Part shown: positions 22,136-35,940 of the stretch, one piece after another | Position numbering within the stretch: position 1 is the first letter of the stretch | How the letters are laid out: every line of letters starts with the position of its first letter | DNA from: Octopus bimaculoides | Lineage: Eukaryota | Reading direction: 5' to 3' | Length of the DNA stretch: 63,212 bases | NCBI RefSeq assembly: GCF_001194135.2 | Contig: NC_068991.1 | Location: forward strand, 48,980,671-49,043,882 | Position numbers and translations under genes: made by a program | The notes under the pieces: generated by a model | Told to the model about the DNA's origin: nothing | What the model saw: the letters and a program-made list of their open reading frames with translations, nothing else | The model's database searches: none

Positions 22136-22404
22136 ACATTCTTGTAGAGAGGCTGGTGGCTGAACTGATAAACTGCCAGACAATATACTTTATGGTATTT
22201 AGCACTTAGTTCAAATCCCTTCAGGGGTGTATTTGTCTCTCATCGATTCAAGATTGATAAAGTAAGTTTTACAAGTTATCTTAGTTCAGCCCCAAGGACA
22301 GAGCAAACCTATGATGACGGATATTCCAGTAATGACTATACAATCTTTTTAAACCTCAGGCATACATAGTCTCAGTGATCTTTCATTTCTTTTAACTTCC
22401 TTTT

Positions 22405-22615
22405 ATCTTTTAATTGTTTCACCCATTAGACTGCGGCCATGCTGGGGCACTCCCTTGAAGAATTTTAGTCGAACAAATCAAACCTAGTACTTATCTTTTT
22501 AAAGCCTGGTACTTATTCCATCGCATCTTTTGCCGAACCACTAAGTTAAGGGTACAAAACACTCCAACGCAGATCGTCAAGTGATGTTGTGGGACAAACA
22601 CACGTTGTTCTGAAT
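22405..22615 (-). mobile_element. SINE family B, 3' part
   Basis: GACTGCGGCCATGCTGGGGCAC...TTTTGCCGAACCACTAAG is the reverse complement of the family B tail. Confidence 0.7.
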
Positions 22616-22693
22616 TCACTTCGACACCTGATGTGTGGTACAGGCAATGTCGATTTTGAGGACAGAGCGACCTAATGTACAGCCCCAAAATTA

Positions 22694-22800
22694 TCATCAT
22701 CATCGTCATCAACATCATCATCGTCATCAACATCATCATCGTCATCAACATCATCATCGTCATCAACATCATCGTCGTCATCTTTATTATAATCATCATC
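22694..22800. repeat. 18-bp minisatellite CATCATCATCGTCATCAA (~4 units)
   Basis: Directly visible. Confidence 0.85.
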
Positions 22801-23004
22801 ACCTTTTGTATGTTTATTGAAAGGAGACAGAGTGAGGGACAGTGTTCATAAAATGATGTTGTAGCGTTCTGGCAATTTATCTAGCTATTCAAGAACGATT
22901 AAACTTCTATGTAACGACAACGACTGTGAGGGTTGGAACTGTGAGGGTTTGAATATGCTGCTATTTGCATGTCCAATTGTTTTACCATTTTATTTTATTG
23001 TTGG

Positions 23005-23600
23005 TGTTGCTGTTATAGCTTAACCTCGGGTAAATCAAACATACCTTTCGTTAAAAGAGTTCCATCTGTGTCCACCTCTCCTTTTCTAGTTTATCTAAAC
23101 GCATGATTATCTAATAAGTACTCGTTTTATTTTAGACAATAGCATGCGATTGATTAACAGGAAATTTGGATGTTACTTCTAGCAGAGCAAACGCAACATA
23201 GAGAAGATTTTGTTGGTTCATTCTGTTGGTATTGTTGTTTTTGTTGTTGTTAATGCTCTTGTTGTTGTTGTTGCTTGTCCTCAGGTGAGTCTTGACGGAA
23301 GGATTTCCAACAGTTACTATTCCGTCTACTGCATTGTAGCAACGAATAGATGATCAAATGTGTCTTCGCCTTATTTCAGATAGTAGGAAGTGGTTTGGTT
23401 TTAGCGAGATTTAATTATTAATTTTAGCAGGACAAGTAGCAACGTAGAGAAGCCCTCTTTGGCTCATTCTCTTAACTACCGTTGCTCTTATTTTGCTGTT
23501 ACTGTTTAGTTCTCAGTTAGTCCTGACCGAGCAGATCTATTATCAAAGGAGTTTCAGCTGTGACAACCTCATCTCGCTTTATGACGGTCTGTATCTAGCT
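23005..23600 (+). mobile_element. Three tandem degenerate copies of dispersed repeat family E; related copies near 10070-10190, 18615-18700, 22280-22370 and 41970-42180 (minus)
   Basis: Recurring motifs CCTGACCGAGCAGA(C/T)CTAT..ATCAAAGG..TTCCA and GATTT...GCT..TTCTAGCAG. Confidence 0.5.
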
Positions 23601-23649
23601 TCCTTTTCAATGACACTAGGCTGTGGTGCAAGAGAAGTTTGACTGCTAC

Positions 23650-23765
23650 TTCTTGCAAAAAGTGCAATCTACCAGAAGCTCTTTTGGATTCGATTGTTCA
23701 CTAGTGGGATTGAACCCGGTACCATATGTTTGGGAAGTAAACTTCTTACCGCACAGCAACACCTT
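23650..23765 (-). mobile_element. SINE family B, tRNA-like head
   Basis: Reverse complement GCTGTGCGGTAAGAAGTTTACTTCCCAAACATATGGTACCGGGTTCAATCCCACT (A and B boxes). Confidence 0.7.
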
Positions 23766-23996
23766 CACCTATATATATANNNNNNNNNNNNNNNNNNNNN
23801 NNNNNNNNNNNNNNNNNNNNNNNNNNNNNNNNNNNNNNNNNNNNNNNNNNNNNNNNNNNNNNNNNNNNNNNNNNNNNNNNNNNNNNNNNNNNNNNNNNNN
23901 NNNNNNNNNNNNNNNNNNNNNNNNNNNNNNNNNNNNNNNNNNNNNNNNNNNNNNNNNNNNNNNNNNNNNNNNNNNNNNNNNNNNNNNNNATATATG

Positions 23997-24043
<47 letters not shown>

Positions 24044-24489
24044 GTGCAACATCGATATTCCTCCCTGTGCCTGTGAAACTTTGTATCCCTGCTGTAAGGC
24101 TTTATTTCCACACACGCCAGCTTAATTTAATTCGTCCTTAGTCAAAAGATTCCTGCTGTTATGTCCTGTTATTATTTTTATTGTATTTGTATAACATTGT
24201 CCGTTTTTTACCGTCCTTGTTTTTGTATACATTCGCTGCTTTCTTCCAAGGAATTTAATGCTCTTAGCTTAGTTTTTCCTTGGGGCTGACCAGATTGGAG
24301 CAGGGTATATAATATCACTTGCCAAAATCAAAGCCATTGTTCTAAAGACAACCATAAAAATTACGAGAAAGATACTCACGAATAGACGTTTATATAGTTA
24401 CATAAAAATATTGCTAAGATCGTGATGTATTTTATCTTCAACTTGAGAATATAGTTCTATATGTATATTTTCTTTTTTTTATCATACTG

Positions 24490-25050
24490 GCATGCGAAGC
24501 CAATCGTGGTTCTTCATGCGATTTTGGATTTCACACAAGTGATTTCACACTATCGCCTATCCAGTATCTTACTATACCTTCCCTGGCTTCTTTTCCCCTT
24601 TAGATTTCCAGTAGATGTTCGAGACTGTATCTACTTCGCTGCTGTCCAATGAACTTAACCTTCTGTTTCATGACGCTGTTAAGAAGTTTTCTGATGGTTT
24701 TTGTTTGTCTGAGTACTTCAGCGTTTGTTACTCTCTCTGCATAGTATTTATTCGGGTTTCGTCAAAGAACGACATTACTACAACATTTATAAGCTTTTGC
24801 ACTTGTCTGTTGATATTCAAGAAGACGTGTCCATATGTAAGTATGGGTTTTATGTCTTCTAGGATTTTTTTCCTCACCAATGCCAGACGAATATTTGAAC
24901 AGACATATTTCATCTTCCAAAACCAACTTTGGCCTCTCCAGTCTTTGATTAAATGTTTTTGATGTTTTTCTCCAACTGGTTCATAAATATTTAAAATTAT
25001 CGATGCTTTTCAAAATCGCTCCAATAATTCTTATGTTGCAAACTGGTGAT
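24490..25050 (-). mobile_element. Degenerate RTE-clade LINE fragment (RT C-terminal region)
   Basis: Minus strand ...FWKMKYVCSNIRLALVRKKILEDIKPILTYGH... resembles RTE 'KxRIxxAxxxF...RKRILxxxVxPxLxYG', followed by a decayed 'GKRGRGRP..WI'-like segment. Confidence 0.6.
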
Positions 25051-25357
25051 GCAGAAGACGCAAAAAAAAAACGTTCGAATTTTTATAGCCATCGGTCTGG
25101 AACTAGTGGAGTTAAAGTAGATGATAATGATTTCGTCATGTAGCTAACATCTTATTGCTTGGGGATTTTTTAGTTACCATTGTGACTGAGACTTAGGCAC
25201 ACTGTGCTATTGAAACGTTTATCAAGAATGGGAAAGGTGAAGTGTTTTTATCGTACCTTGTACTTTCTTTTAAATTGTCATAATCGCCATTAAAACCCAA
25301 GTTTAACTTTTCACTCTCATAATTAATATTTTTTATATTATAAGCAAAATGAAATCT

Positions 25358-25860
25358 TTCTACTACAGGCCTGGAAATTTAGGGGAGGGGCTAGTCGATT
25401 ACATAAACTCCGGTGCTCCACTGCTACTTATTTTATCGATTCGAAAGGCGAAGTTGACCTCGGTGGAATTTGAACTCAGAACGTAATGCTGTAAAACATA
25501 CTGCTGCGCATTTTGTCCGTTGTGTTAACGATTCTGCCAACTCGCCAGTCTCCTCTCACAAATAATTATTTTCTACTATAGGTATAAGGCCAGGTGTTAG
25601 CGTAAGCGGATAGCTTGTGCTAATTTCATCGGATGAAAGGCAAAGCCAACCTCAACGAAATTTGAACCCAGAACGTGAACGTAAAGAGTCGGAAGAAATG
25701 CCGCTAAGCATTTTTTTCAGCGTGCTATCAATTCTGCGAGCTCACCACCTTACTCCCATAAATAATAATCCTTTCTACTATAGGCACAAGGCCTGAAATT
25801 TTGTGAGAAGGGCAAGTTAATTACATCGACCTCAGTGCGTGATTTGTGCTTATTTCGTAC
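25358..25860 (-). mobile_element. Three tandem SINE family A copies (minus strand)
   Basis: GGAATTTGAACTCAGAACG...AACGATTCTGCCAACTCGCC and GAAATTTGAACCCAGAACG...GCTCACCACCTTA are reverse complements of the family A head. Confidence 0.8.
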
Positions 25861-26070
25861 TTAATTAATTATACAAACTAACTTCTGTAGATCTTTCTCT
25901 CATATTTCTGTGGTTACTGTATCGTCTGCATAAAAGGATATTGTTGATATTTTGCCCTACTATGGGTACATCCGATGGATGTTCAATACATCGCATGATT
26001 AAAAAATCGAAGTGATTACAACTAATAAATCTATTCTTGTTGTACACGTTCTTTTATGTACGGTGGAAAT

Positions 26071-26450
26071 GTTGTTGTTGGCACTCCGTCGCTTACGACA
26101 TCGAGAGTTCCAGTTGATCCGATCAACAGAACAGCCTGCTCATGAAATGAACGTGCAAGTGGCTGAGCACTCCACAGACACGTGTACCCTTAACGTAGTT
26201 CTCGGGGATATTCAGCGTGACACAGTGTGACAAGGCTGACCCTTTGAATTACAGGCACAACAGAAACGGGAAGAAAGAGTGAGAGAAAGTTGTGGTGGAA
26301 GAGTACAGCAGTGTTCGCCACCATCCCCTACCGGAGAGTTTTAGGTGTTTTCGCTCAATAAACACTCACAACGCCCGGTCTGGGAATCGAAACCGCGATC
26401 CTTTGACCGCGAATCCGCTGCCCTAACCACTGGGCCATTGCGCCTCCACG
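26071..26450 (-). mobile_element. Full-length tRNA-derived SINE (family C) with a 10-bp target-site duplication
   Basis: Head GTGGAGGCGCAATGGCCCAGTGGTTAGGGCAGCGG...GGTTTCGATTCCC (A and B boxes) and a (CAA)n tail. TSD CGGTGGAAAT at 26061-26070 and 26451-26460. Confidence 0.9.
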
Positions 26451-26923
26451 CGGTGGAAATACTCCAATAATATTTCATTCATGACGTCATTATTGACTTA
26501 GTGCAAATTCATATCAGTAAGAGTACAGTTTTTATTTTTCGTTTCTGAGCTGACTTTTACACCATACTAATAAAAAAAATATTATTAGCTCTTTCTTTTT
26601 CGTTAATGAGGTGACATGTATAGCTTTTACATACTTTGCATCACTCATGTAAATGGAATTAAAATGTGTCAGAAATCTAATGCATTGTGTCTGAGATTTG
26701 ACATAATTGGCTTCAATATTCGCTTCTCAAAGTAATTTTCATGTGTGTCTTTTATAAGTATTTCGAACATATATTTTAGTAATAACAGTACTTTTAATGA
26801 TATACAGCCTTTCCATTACATAATCTGATGATGATATTGGGAGGGATTGTGATTAAAACTTAGCAGAGAAACAGTCGATATATACACACGTACACATATA
26901 CTTATATATGTGTCGGTGTCAGA

Positions 26924-26955
<32 letters not shown>

Positions 26956-27063
26956 GTATTTACACATATACATACTTATATTTATTAATTCTTTTATACG
27001 TTTCAGCCCTAATGCTGTGCCTATGCTGGAGCACCATCATGTGTGTGTTTGTGTGTATGTGTA

Positions 27064-27098
<35 letters not shown>

Positions 27099-27104
27099 CA
27101 TATC

Positions 27105-27860
27105 ATCTCATCTTCTTCACTCATTTATCCTGGGAGGGTGTGGGGCAGTGTCCTCAAGCACGCTATCCATCGGCTCCTGTCAGAAGCAACTGTTTCCAAT
27201 TGATCTGGCTGGATCCTCAACCAAGACCAACCAAGCTCACGGATACTATCCAAAACATCTTGCACGTGGTCCACTCCTGGGCTCTTGTTTAGTCTTGCCC
27301 ATTAAACCTGTCCAGCGATTCTTTCCTGAAACATTTCTAGTACCTATCCGTAGTATAGTATCGTTGCTGTGATTTCTCAATTCGGAAAAGTAGCGTCTAG
27401 CGCTTCTCTAATCTCCGAGCTGCATACTCTGTCGTGTAAAGTTACTCCAAAGACTCTTCCGACGAACCCTATCTTGGCCGCTTGTATTCATGATTGTATT
27501 CTTTCTATCAGTACACTAGATACATGACCATAAGTAAAAGCAGGCACGAACACCAAATTGAAGATAGAGAGTTTGCCTTTTACACCTACCTCCATCTTAA
27601 TGATGAGCGTATGGTGAAACTGGTGCATTGCTGCACCAGCTCCTGCAATTCTTGTACTTAGTTAAGTCTTCTACTTTCCATCATTCATGAAATGGCCCTG
27701 AAATGCATTAACTTCTCTACCTGTTTCAATAGAACTCATTCACATGTAGAGTGCATTGCGCAGTCTTCCTTGAGAGGACGAGTGTCTGTCTTCGCAACAC
27801 CGATTTTCATTCCTGCCAGCAGCACTCGGCAGCAAAACTATCAACTACATGTCGAAGATC
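27105..27860 (-). mobile_element. RTE-clade (Rex3/Expander-like) LINE 3' fragment, decayed
   Basis: Minus strand pieces AGMKIGVAKT, LKQVEK, RIAGAGAAM...KLSIFNLVFVPAFTYGH...IQAAKIGFVGRVFGVTLHDRVCSSEIREAL; the fragment ends in an LPHTLPG*-like terminus followed by GAAGATGAG. Confidence 0.85.
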
Positions 27861-28649
27861 ACCTATGTATAACAGTTAATTGTAAGATGCAAATGTCAAC
27901 AATTATGACATGTTGAAAGTCGAAATGTAGCCATTTGTAAGAGACTTGATGCGTCGGTTTACCAGATGTAAGTGGCACGTTGGAGTCAGGAAATGTTAAC
28001 GGTATAATTATAACTGGTAGACCGTAGAAGGTTGAGACGTGGCAGAATGGAGATACAAAGAGGCTGAGAAAGGTTGTCTGTGATAGTTAATTATTTCTGG
28101 ATACACTGAGAGAAACTGAAGCGAGATGATTTATACTCATACATTTTATTCAACCTTACGAATTTTTTTCAGAATTACGACGATTTGGAAGTAATTACAA
28201 ATGTTAGAGAATCTTTTGCAGTGGGCTGCTGCAGAGTTTATGTGAAGCTGACGTGAGGTTATCATAGATGAGAAAGTAAATGTCTACAAGCGGTAGAGTA
28301 ATATATTAGGGAAATTAATTCTCAGAAAGTTGCATAGAGAAAGAGACTGTTTCTCAACAGGTAAATCGAATTTATAGCTGTCCTAAAGTTGAACTAGGTC
28401 AATAACAATGAAATTGGATGATCTATCTAAATCAAATTCTGTCTCATTTAAGATGGTGGAGAATTTGACAGGTTGAAACCATGGAATCAAGCATGAAGAC
28501 TGAGGTTTCCATTCTTGTTTACGAATTCATTATGTCTCCCGAACACACGCATACATACTTACACATACACACACACATATATGAATGGTGTATGTACGTA
28601 CACACATACATATACATATATGAATGGTGTATGTATGCACATACACACA

Positions 28650-28693
<44 letters not shown>

Positions 28694-28926
28694 AAGTTTG
28701 TACAAAAGATGGTGATTTACGTCGTTGCTGTACAGACATTTTTGCTTCAAGCAATAATTTCTCCACGCAAGTGTCGTATTAAGCAACAAACTTTGGAAAA
28801 TGATAGAATCAATCCCCATCGTCTTACAAATTCATATATTAATATATGTATTGAATAAAACATTTGACAGATTTTTTAATCAAAGAGAACATATATCGAT
28901 CTATATATTTATTCACTTACCCGCCA

Positions 28927-29004
<78 letters not shown>

Positions 29005-29210
29005 ACAGATATATGTTTATATATAACGATGACCATTAAGTGGACATTTAATGTGCTAGAAGAAGATCACATGTTGTGTCTACTAAGACCTAATAGTTCT
29101 CAAAAGAAATTCAGCGAAATACCAAACCGCATGCTGGCAAGACAGTGAAAATTACATAAATAAAACATTGTTATTCGGGGACCGGTTTCGGAATTAATAT
29201 TCTCTTACCG

Positions 29211-29262
<52 letters not shown>

Positions 29263-29264
29263 TT

Positions 29265-29481
29265 TATCTTTTTTTAATTGTTTTAGTAATTTGACTGCGG
29301 CCATGCTGGAGCACCGCCTTGAACCGTTTTACTCGAACGAATCGACTCCAGGCCATTTTAAAGCTTGGTATTACTCTATCGATCTCTTTTGCACAATCTC
29401 TAAGTTACGGGAGCGTAAACACACCGTCACCAGTCGTCAAGCGGAGATGAGGGACAAGCACACGCATACACACAAACATAC

Positions 29482-29527
<46 letters not shown>

Positions 29528-29546
29528 TACATACATATACTTGTAT

Positions 29547-29579
<33 letters not shown>

Positions 29580-29795
29580 AAGAGAGAGAGAGAGATTACA
29601 TATATACACATACATACATACATACATACATATACATACATGCGACGGGCTTCTTTCAGTTTCCATTAACCTGATCCACTAACAATATTTTGGTCAGCCC
29701 GTGGCTATAGTAGCGAACACTTGACCAAAGTGCCACACTGTAGGATTGAACCCGAAACCATGTGATTGGTAAACAAGCTACTTAAAACATGGCCA
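29265..29795 (-). mobile_element. SINE family B copy with expanded internal microsatellite
   Basis: TTGACTGCGGCCATGCTGGAGCACCGCC tail and CGACGGGCTTCTTTCAGTTTCC...GGATTGAACCCGAAACCATGTG head in reverse. Confidence 0.8.
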
Positions 29796-30667
29796 GTCAT
29801 ATATGTATAAATGTACGCATATATGCATGTACATGTGATGGTTGTCTACTTGTAAGCTGAACTTGTAAACTGAACTTGTAACCTGACAGATAATGCCAAC
29901 AATGCTCATGTGTGTGTTTTAAGTCGAGTGTGACATATACACCTCAATGACTCTCACAGGTAATACCAAGAAACCCAGAGATAAGCAAAGTGCAATATAT
30001 CTGGTTCAATAGAGCAGCAATTTTTATATAAGAGTTAGTCTTCTAAGGGGATGCATTAGAAAAGAACCAGGCCTCCCTCGCTCCCTGTGGATTTACTGCA
30101 CCTCTGGCACCAACCCGAGTATTTTTATGCAAGACCACTCACATACAAGTTAATGCATGACTGGGACGCGTTAGTGCTACTATTCCAGGTCAGAGTAGAC
30201 CTGGGGACAGCGGTGTCTAAGAGGTTGATTCACACACTTCAACAGAACGTTTGAACTCTTGATTCAGAGCCCCAGTAGCGCAACTTGAAGTCCTACTCAT
30301 GAATACATTCATATATATATNNNNNNNNNNATGTATGTATGTATGTATGTATGTATGTATGTATACATACATATATGTACAGATACGTATATTATATATA
30401 CTGCTAGCCACTTGATAATATTTTCACATTTGATTCCAATTCATAAGAATTTTTATATTTTTCGTCTAATTATTTCTTTTTATAATAGTGCTCGCTTGCT
30501 TAGAAAATATTGCTTTCATTATTTTATGACAGTCATAATCTCTCTTTCTGAAACAAACATCACAGCAGTCCATCAACAGAGGGAGAAGCAGTTTATCAAG
30601 TTTTACCTTCCCCTCAAAGCAACATAGACATTTCAATTCAGCAGCCCATCTGTAAGCTTTACAGCGT

Positions 30668-30715
<48 letters not shown>

Positions 30716-31484
30716 NNNNNNNNNNNNNNNNNNNNNNNNNNNNNNNNNNNNNNNNNNNNNNNNNNNNNNNNNNNNNNNNNNNNNNNNNNNNNNNNNNNNN
30801 NNNNNNNNNNNNNNNNNNNNNNNNNNNNNNNNNNNNNNNNNNNNNNNNNNNNNNNNNNNNNNNNNNNNNNNNNNNNNNNNNNNNNNNNNNNNNNNNNNNN
30901 NNNNNNNNNNNNNNNNNNNNNNNNNNNNNNNNNNNNNNNNNNNNNNNNNNNNNNNNNNNNNNNNNNNNNNNNNNNNNNNNNNNNNNNNNNNNNNNNNNNN
31001 NNNNNNNNNNNNNNNNNNNNNNNNNNNNNNNNNNNNNNNNNNNNNNNNNNNNNNNNNNNNNNNNNNNNNNNNNNNNNNNNNNNNNNNNNNNNNNNNNNNN
31101 NNNNNNNNNNNNNNNNNNNNNNNNNNNNNNNNNNNNNNNNNNNNNNNNNNNNNNNNNNNNNNNNNNNNNNNNNNNNNNNNNNNNNNNNNNNNNNNNNNNN
31201 NNNNNNNNNNNNNNNNNNNNNNNNNNNNNNNNNNNNNNNNNNNNNNNNNNNNNNNNNNNNNNNNNNNNNNNNNNNNNNNNNNNNNNNNNNNNNNNNNNNN
31301 NNNNNNNNNNNNNNNNNNNNNNNNNNNNNNNNNNNNNNNNNNNNNNNNNNNNNNNNNNNNNNNNNNNNNNNNNNNNNNNNNNNNNNNNNNNNNNNNNNNN
31401 NNNNNNNNNNNNNNNNNNNNNNNNNNNNNNNNNNNNNNNNNNNNNNNNNNNNNNNNNNNNNNNNNNNNNNNNNNNNNNNNNNNN

Positions 31485-31843
31485 GGGGTTGGGGGGCATC
31501 TTTGTATGGCAAAAGTTTTGAAAGCTCTATTTTATACACCCCCGCTCTCATCATCCCACTCCGGACCTACTTGGGCCAATTTTTGTTTTGCACTTCAAAA
31601 CCATGGGATGAGCATTTTCGGCAAAAAAGTTGGAAAATTTTGTTAATATTTTCGGAGGGAAACGTGATTTAAGGGTGATTTAGTTGTTGCTTCTTGCACA
31701 TCCAAAGAAAACCCTCCTCGTTTCTTTATCACTCGCATGTATTGATGGTTTTCAATGTTTTCCCCTATAAATACATTTATATGCTATAAAAAAGAAAATT
31801 TGAGAAATTATGAATTTTTTTGCACCCCCACTCCCTGCCCCTG
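31485..31843. mobile_element. Probable non-autonomous TIR element with a CAGGGGC-type end; left end lost in the gap
   Basis: The right end reverse complement is CAGGGGCAGGGAGTGGGGGTGCAAAA, and there is a G-rich start after the gap. The other terminus cannot be seen. Confidence 0.35.
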
Positions 31844-33063
31844 ATTGTTTGTGTAGAAATTAAAATACTGGAGACACTGAGAAGGTCATTGACGACATTT
31901 ATCCACAGTGGTTTTAAAAAATTACGGAGATGTACTTGTATAGCAAGTGACTTGATCTGAGATCGTGTGCTGAAACAAAAGCAATTACAGCGTGGAAAAT
32001 GTTTGTAAATCATTCAAGAACACACAAATACCGTTAGTTTCACTTCAACATTAAAACTTCATTTGTGTCAAAATATTTTCGTCGCTTTGAAACCGCGACC
32101 TGTTCACTGACAAAACTTCACAAAAGTAAAGCAGCACGGAGTTTTGTCAGTGAATAGCGCGCAAACACACACACACACACACACACATTCATTGCCTTTC
32201 CTTTGTGTGTATGTGTATCTATGTGTGTGTGCGAGTGTGCATTAGAGTGTGTGTGTCACTGTTGAAGTTGTGTTTGGAAACTGTGAATAAGGTGCAAGTC
32301 TCGAGTACTTGTTAACTTTTTTCTCCTCGTCTTCTAATAGTAATTACCCAACTTTCTTGGCTCTTCTCACAGCTATCCTGCGTTCAAAATTTATACGGGT
32401 ATTTTAAAAAATTTTCATTCAACAAATAATATTTTTACATTACGTATACATTAATACCGAATGAAAACTTACAAGAGAAAGTGAGAGACTTTGCAAATGA
32501 AAATGGAATATTCCGCAGTGAATGCAATGAATATTTATTTTTGTGATGAATTTGACGNNNNNNNNNNNNNNNNNNNNNNNNNNNNNNNNNNNNNNNNNNN
32601 NNNNNNNNNNNNNNNNNNNNNNNNNNNNNNNNNNNNNNNNNNNNNNNNNNNNNNNNNNNNNNNNNNNNNNNNNNNNNNNNNNNNNNNNNNNNNNNNNNNN
32701 NNNNNNNNNNNNNNNNNNNNNNNNNNNNNNNNNNNNNNNNNNNNNNNNNNNNNNNNNNNNNNNNNNNNNNNNNNNNNNNNNNNNNNNNNNNNNNNNNNNN
32801 NNNNNNNNNNNNNNNNNNNNNNNNNNNNNNNNNNNNNNNNNNNNNNNNNNNNNNNNNNNNNNNNNNNNNNNNNNNNNNNNNNNNNNNNNNNNNNNNNNNN
32901 NNNNATATATGAGTATATGTATATATGTGTATATGCGTATAGGCAGTTAGGTAGTTGTAGATACGTGTATACATTATGAGGATTTGAAGGTCCACTTCCT
33001 TTAGTTAGAAGTGATATTATCGTGGATGGGAATCTGTATTGATATAAATACATATATACATAC

Positions 33064-33107
<44 letters not shown>

Positions 33108-33599
33108 GTACATAATACAAACATGCATACATACATACATACATACATACATACAACCCATAAATACACTCATCCCATGGGAATTAAACTATCAGGAATT
33201 AATGTCACAGTCATGTAAAACAGAGAGCGAGAGTGAGACGAGAGGGCGGGAAAGAGAGACAAAGAGAAAGAGCGAGAGAGAAAAACATCACAAAGAATGT
33301 CGAACTTCATAAATTCATTACCATAACATGAATTCATTAAACAAACATTTTAAGTTGCTTATTAGCTGACACTACATGAATTGTACACAATAATATCGTG
33401 ATTAATATTCTGATATCAGATGGGAAGCGAAATCAAATTTCTAATCGATATTTCAACGTCTTTTCTCTGAGAAAATAACTTATGGCTTCTTTTTTTTCCT
33501 GTATTCTGGTGCGAGTATGTGTGTACGTGCGCGTGTGTGTAACTGTGCGTGTGTGCGTGCATGTGTGTGTGTGAATCTATCTATCTATCTCTCTATCTA

Positions 33600-33645
<46 letters not shown>

Positions 33646-34335
33646 AGTCAATCTATCTATCTATCTATCTATCTATCTAGTCTTTGGAGCTGTAGTTCTC
33701 TTAAAAGTTTGTTAAAGTGTTATGACCTCAGCAACATACATACAATTCTCGCTGATAAAATTTTGAAAATGGACAGAGAAATTCGAAGGTTTTGGTCCAA
33801 TGATACAATAACTGTCACGTGTACAGGATATGTCAGCGCATGCACCACGGACAGCCTTAACGAAAAGAGTGTTTCAACCCAAAATTTACATGCTATTCTT
33901 TATAGGAGAATATGTATCGCTTCCAGAATTATTATTTCCAGAAAAGAATCATTTTTGACATCCTCTCAAAAGTTTTATATACAATGCATATATATATATA
34001 TATATATATGAATTGAAGTGTACATTATTATTTATCCATTACGGCCGATTTTACTAGTCGGTTTCGCGCTACAGATTCGAAAGAGTGTTATGTAACAATC
34101 CGATTATGTAACCCTGTGATTATCAGAGGTACTCGTTGTGGAATGAAATATAGCGATTCCGTTGAATCCCAAGCACGAAATCGATTAAGATCGGCCGCAA
34201 TGAGTATATAACTCTGTACACTTCGATTAATACACCCAGTCTATTGACACGTGTGTTTGTGTATGGGTGTGTGTCTATAGACACACATACACATACACGC
34301 AAACACGCACATTTTTACACATACATGAGTATGTA

Positions 34336-34379
<44 letters not shown>

Positions 34380-35847
34380 TATGTCAATCAGTTGGATCTG
34401 ATCAGGGGACACAAGGAACAAATTTTATAGGGATTGTTTGTTATACAGGCGTGGAAACAAGCGGACAAGTAGTTATTAGGAAAAACAACGAAATGGTTTT
34501 AGAATTTCCCAAGTATTTCAACAGAAACGAATGGAACAATTCTGGATAGGACACACAGTAAGAGTTTAGTACACTAGGCGACCGCCTAAGGCACCAAAAT
34601 TAGATGGGATTAGATATCATTTCTTATTCTATCTAGAATAAAAGAAAGCATACAAATTAAAATTCTCTTGCCTAAGTTTTCGGGTCAGGGATACATTAAC
34701 ACCCTCCCCACTTTCCTCAACTAATCTTGGAATCCGTGAACCGTGTCATAGATACTGCCTAGCCGTATGACTAAATGATAAAAAGTCATGTTATTCACAC
34801 ATACGCACGTAACCTTCACCACTCATTTTCTCTAGCGAAGTATCGAACCGTACTGCGTCACTTCTCCAGTGCACAATCACTGCCTACTCTTATAATACCC
34901 TCCCACAAACATAATGTCTTACTCGAAGTTGTACACGAAGCTGTACACATTCACCCAAGACAATGTTTGCACAGTTATCTTTTCGCTCACACACATACAC
35001 ACCCATCGCGCACGCACACATGCGCACAACTGTTTAAACATCTAATTCACTTCAATTGCTCATCATTTTTCCCCAACTATTTCCCAGCACACATCCACAA
35101 AATCATTTTACGAAGCCTCGCATACCACACACCACCCACCAACGGCTTCCTCCATTCGCAATCCGCATATCACACATATTTTGTCCATACATCTTATACA
35201 TAAATGGCAATTTCGGTCTGTCGATTTGTCTGCTATCATCTTGTTGTCTACACCAGTGAGCCAATCTTGAAACTTTGCATACATGTTATACTAACATCCA
35301 GGTCACTTATAGGCTAAATGAATTGCAATGAAAATCTATAATGGGCCCCCTAGTAGGTTTGGGCTATTATTTGATAAAATGAGAATGGCTCAAAGAGTGT
35401 TAGTGTGAGGGAAATGTGGTGGCATATTGAGTGTGGCTGATATCAGGGAAAGGGAGGACAGCGTTGTGTAAGCGACAAATACGAAGTGGCAATGGAATGG
35501 TAATGTTAATACAGGTGTCATTCATGGATGGTAAACGCGACGCTGATTACCTACTTTCGTAAATACATAGATACATGCATACACACACTACACACACACA
35601 TACACACACACTTATGCACATACATATAACTAACTTTTAAAACGCCAAGGAAGGGAAAGAAAGGTGTGAGGAATACGTAGCTTTAAGGAGAGGAGCAGCT
35701 GGCTTTTCTGCTGTCCATCGCAAAGAAACACTCACACACACACATTCATACATACACATATATACGTATATACATACATATGTTTACTATACACCATTTT
35801 AAACTCGTGATTACCTGTGTGTACACTTGTAAATGTGTGCGTGTGTG

Positions 35848-35940
<93 letters not shown>

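Noticed and set aside
26375-26450. tRNA-like sequences at SINE heads (also 46005-46075 and 57205-57270)
   Set aside because: They have A and B boxes but no complete cloverleaf and continue into repeat bodies, so they are SINE heads rather than tRNA genes.
34775-35259. His/Thr-rich 142-aa and 67-aa ORFs
   Set aside because: The composition is driven by CA-rich sequence, with no domain or splice evidence.
35190-35550. Possible Helitron-like non-autonomous element (ATCTTATACATAAATGGCAA...CTGTC start)
   Set aside because: There is no clear 3' hairpin plus CTRR end, so the resemblance is too weak to list as a feature.
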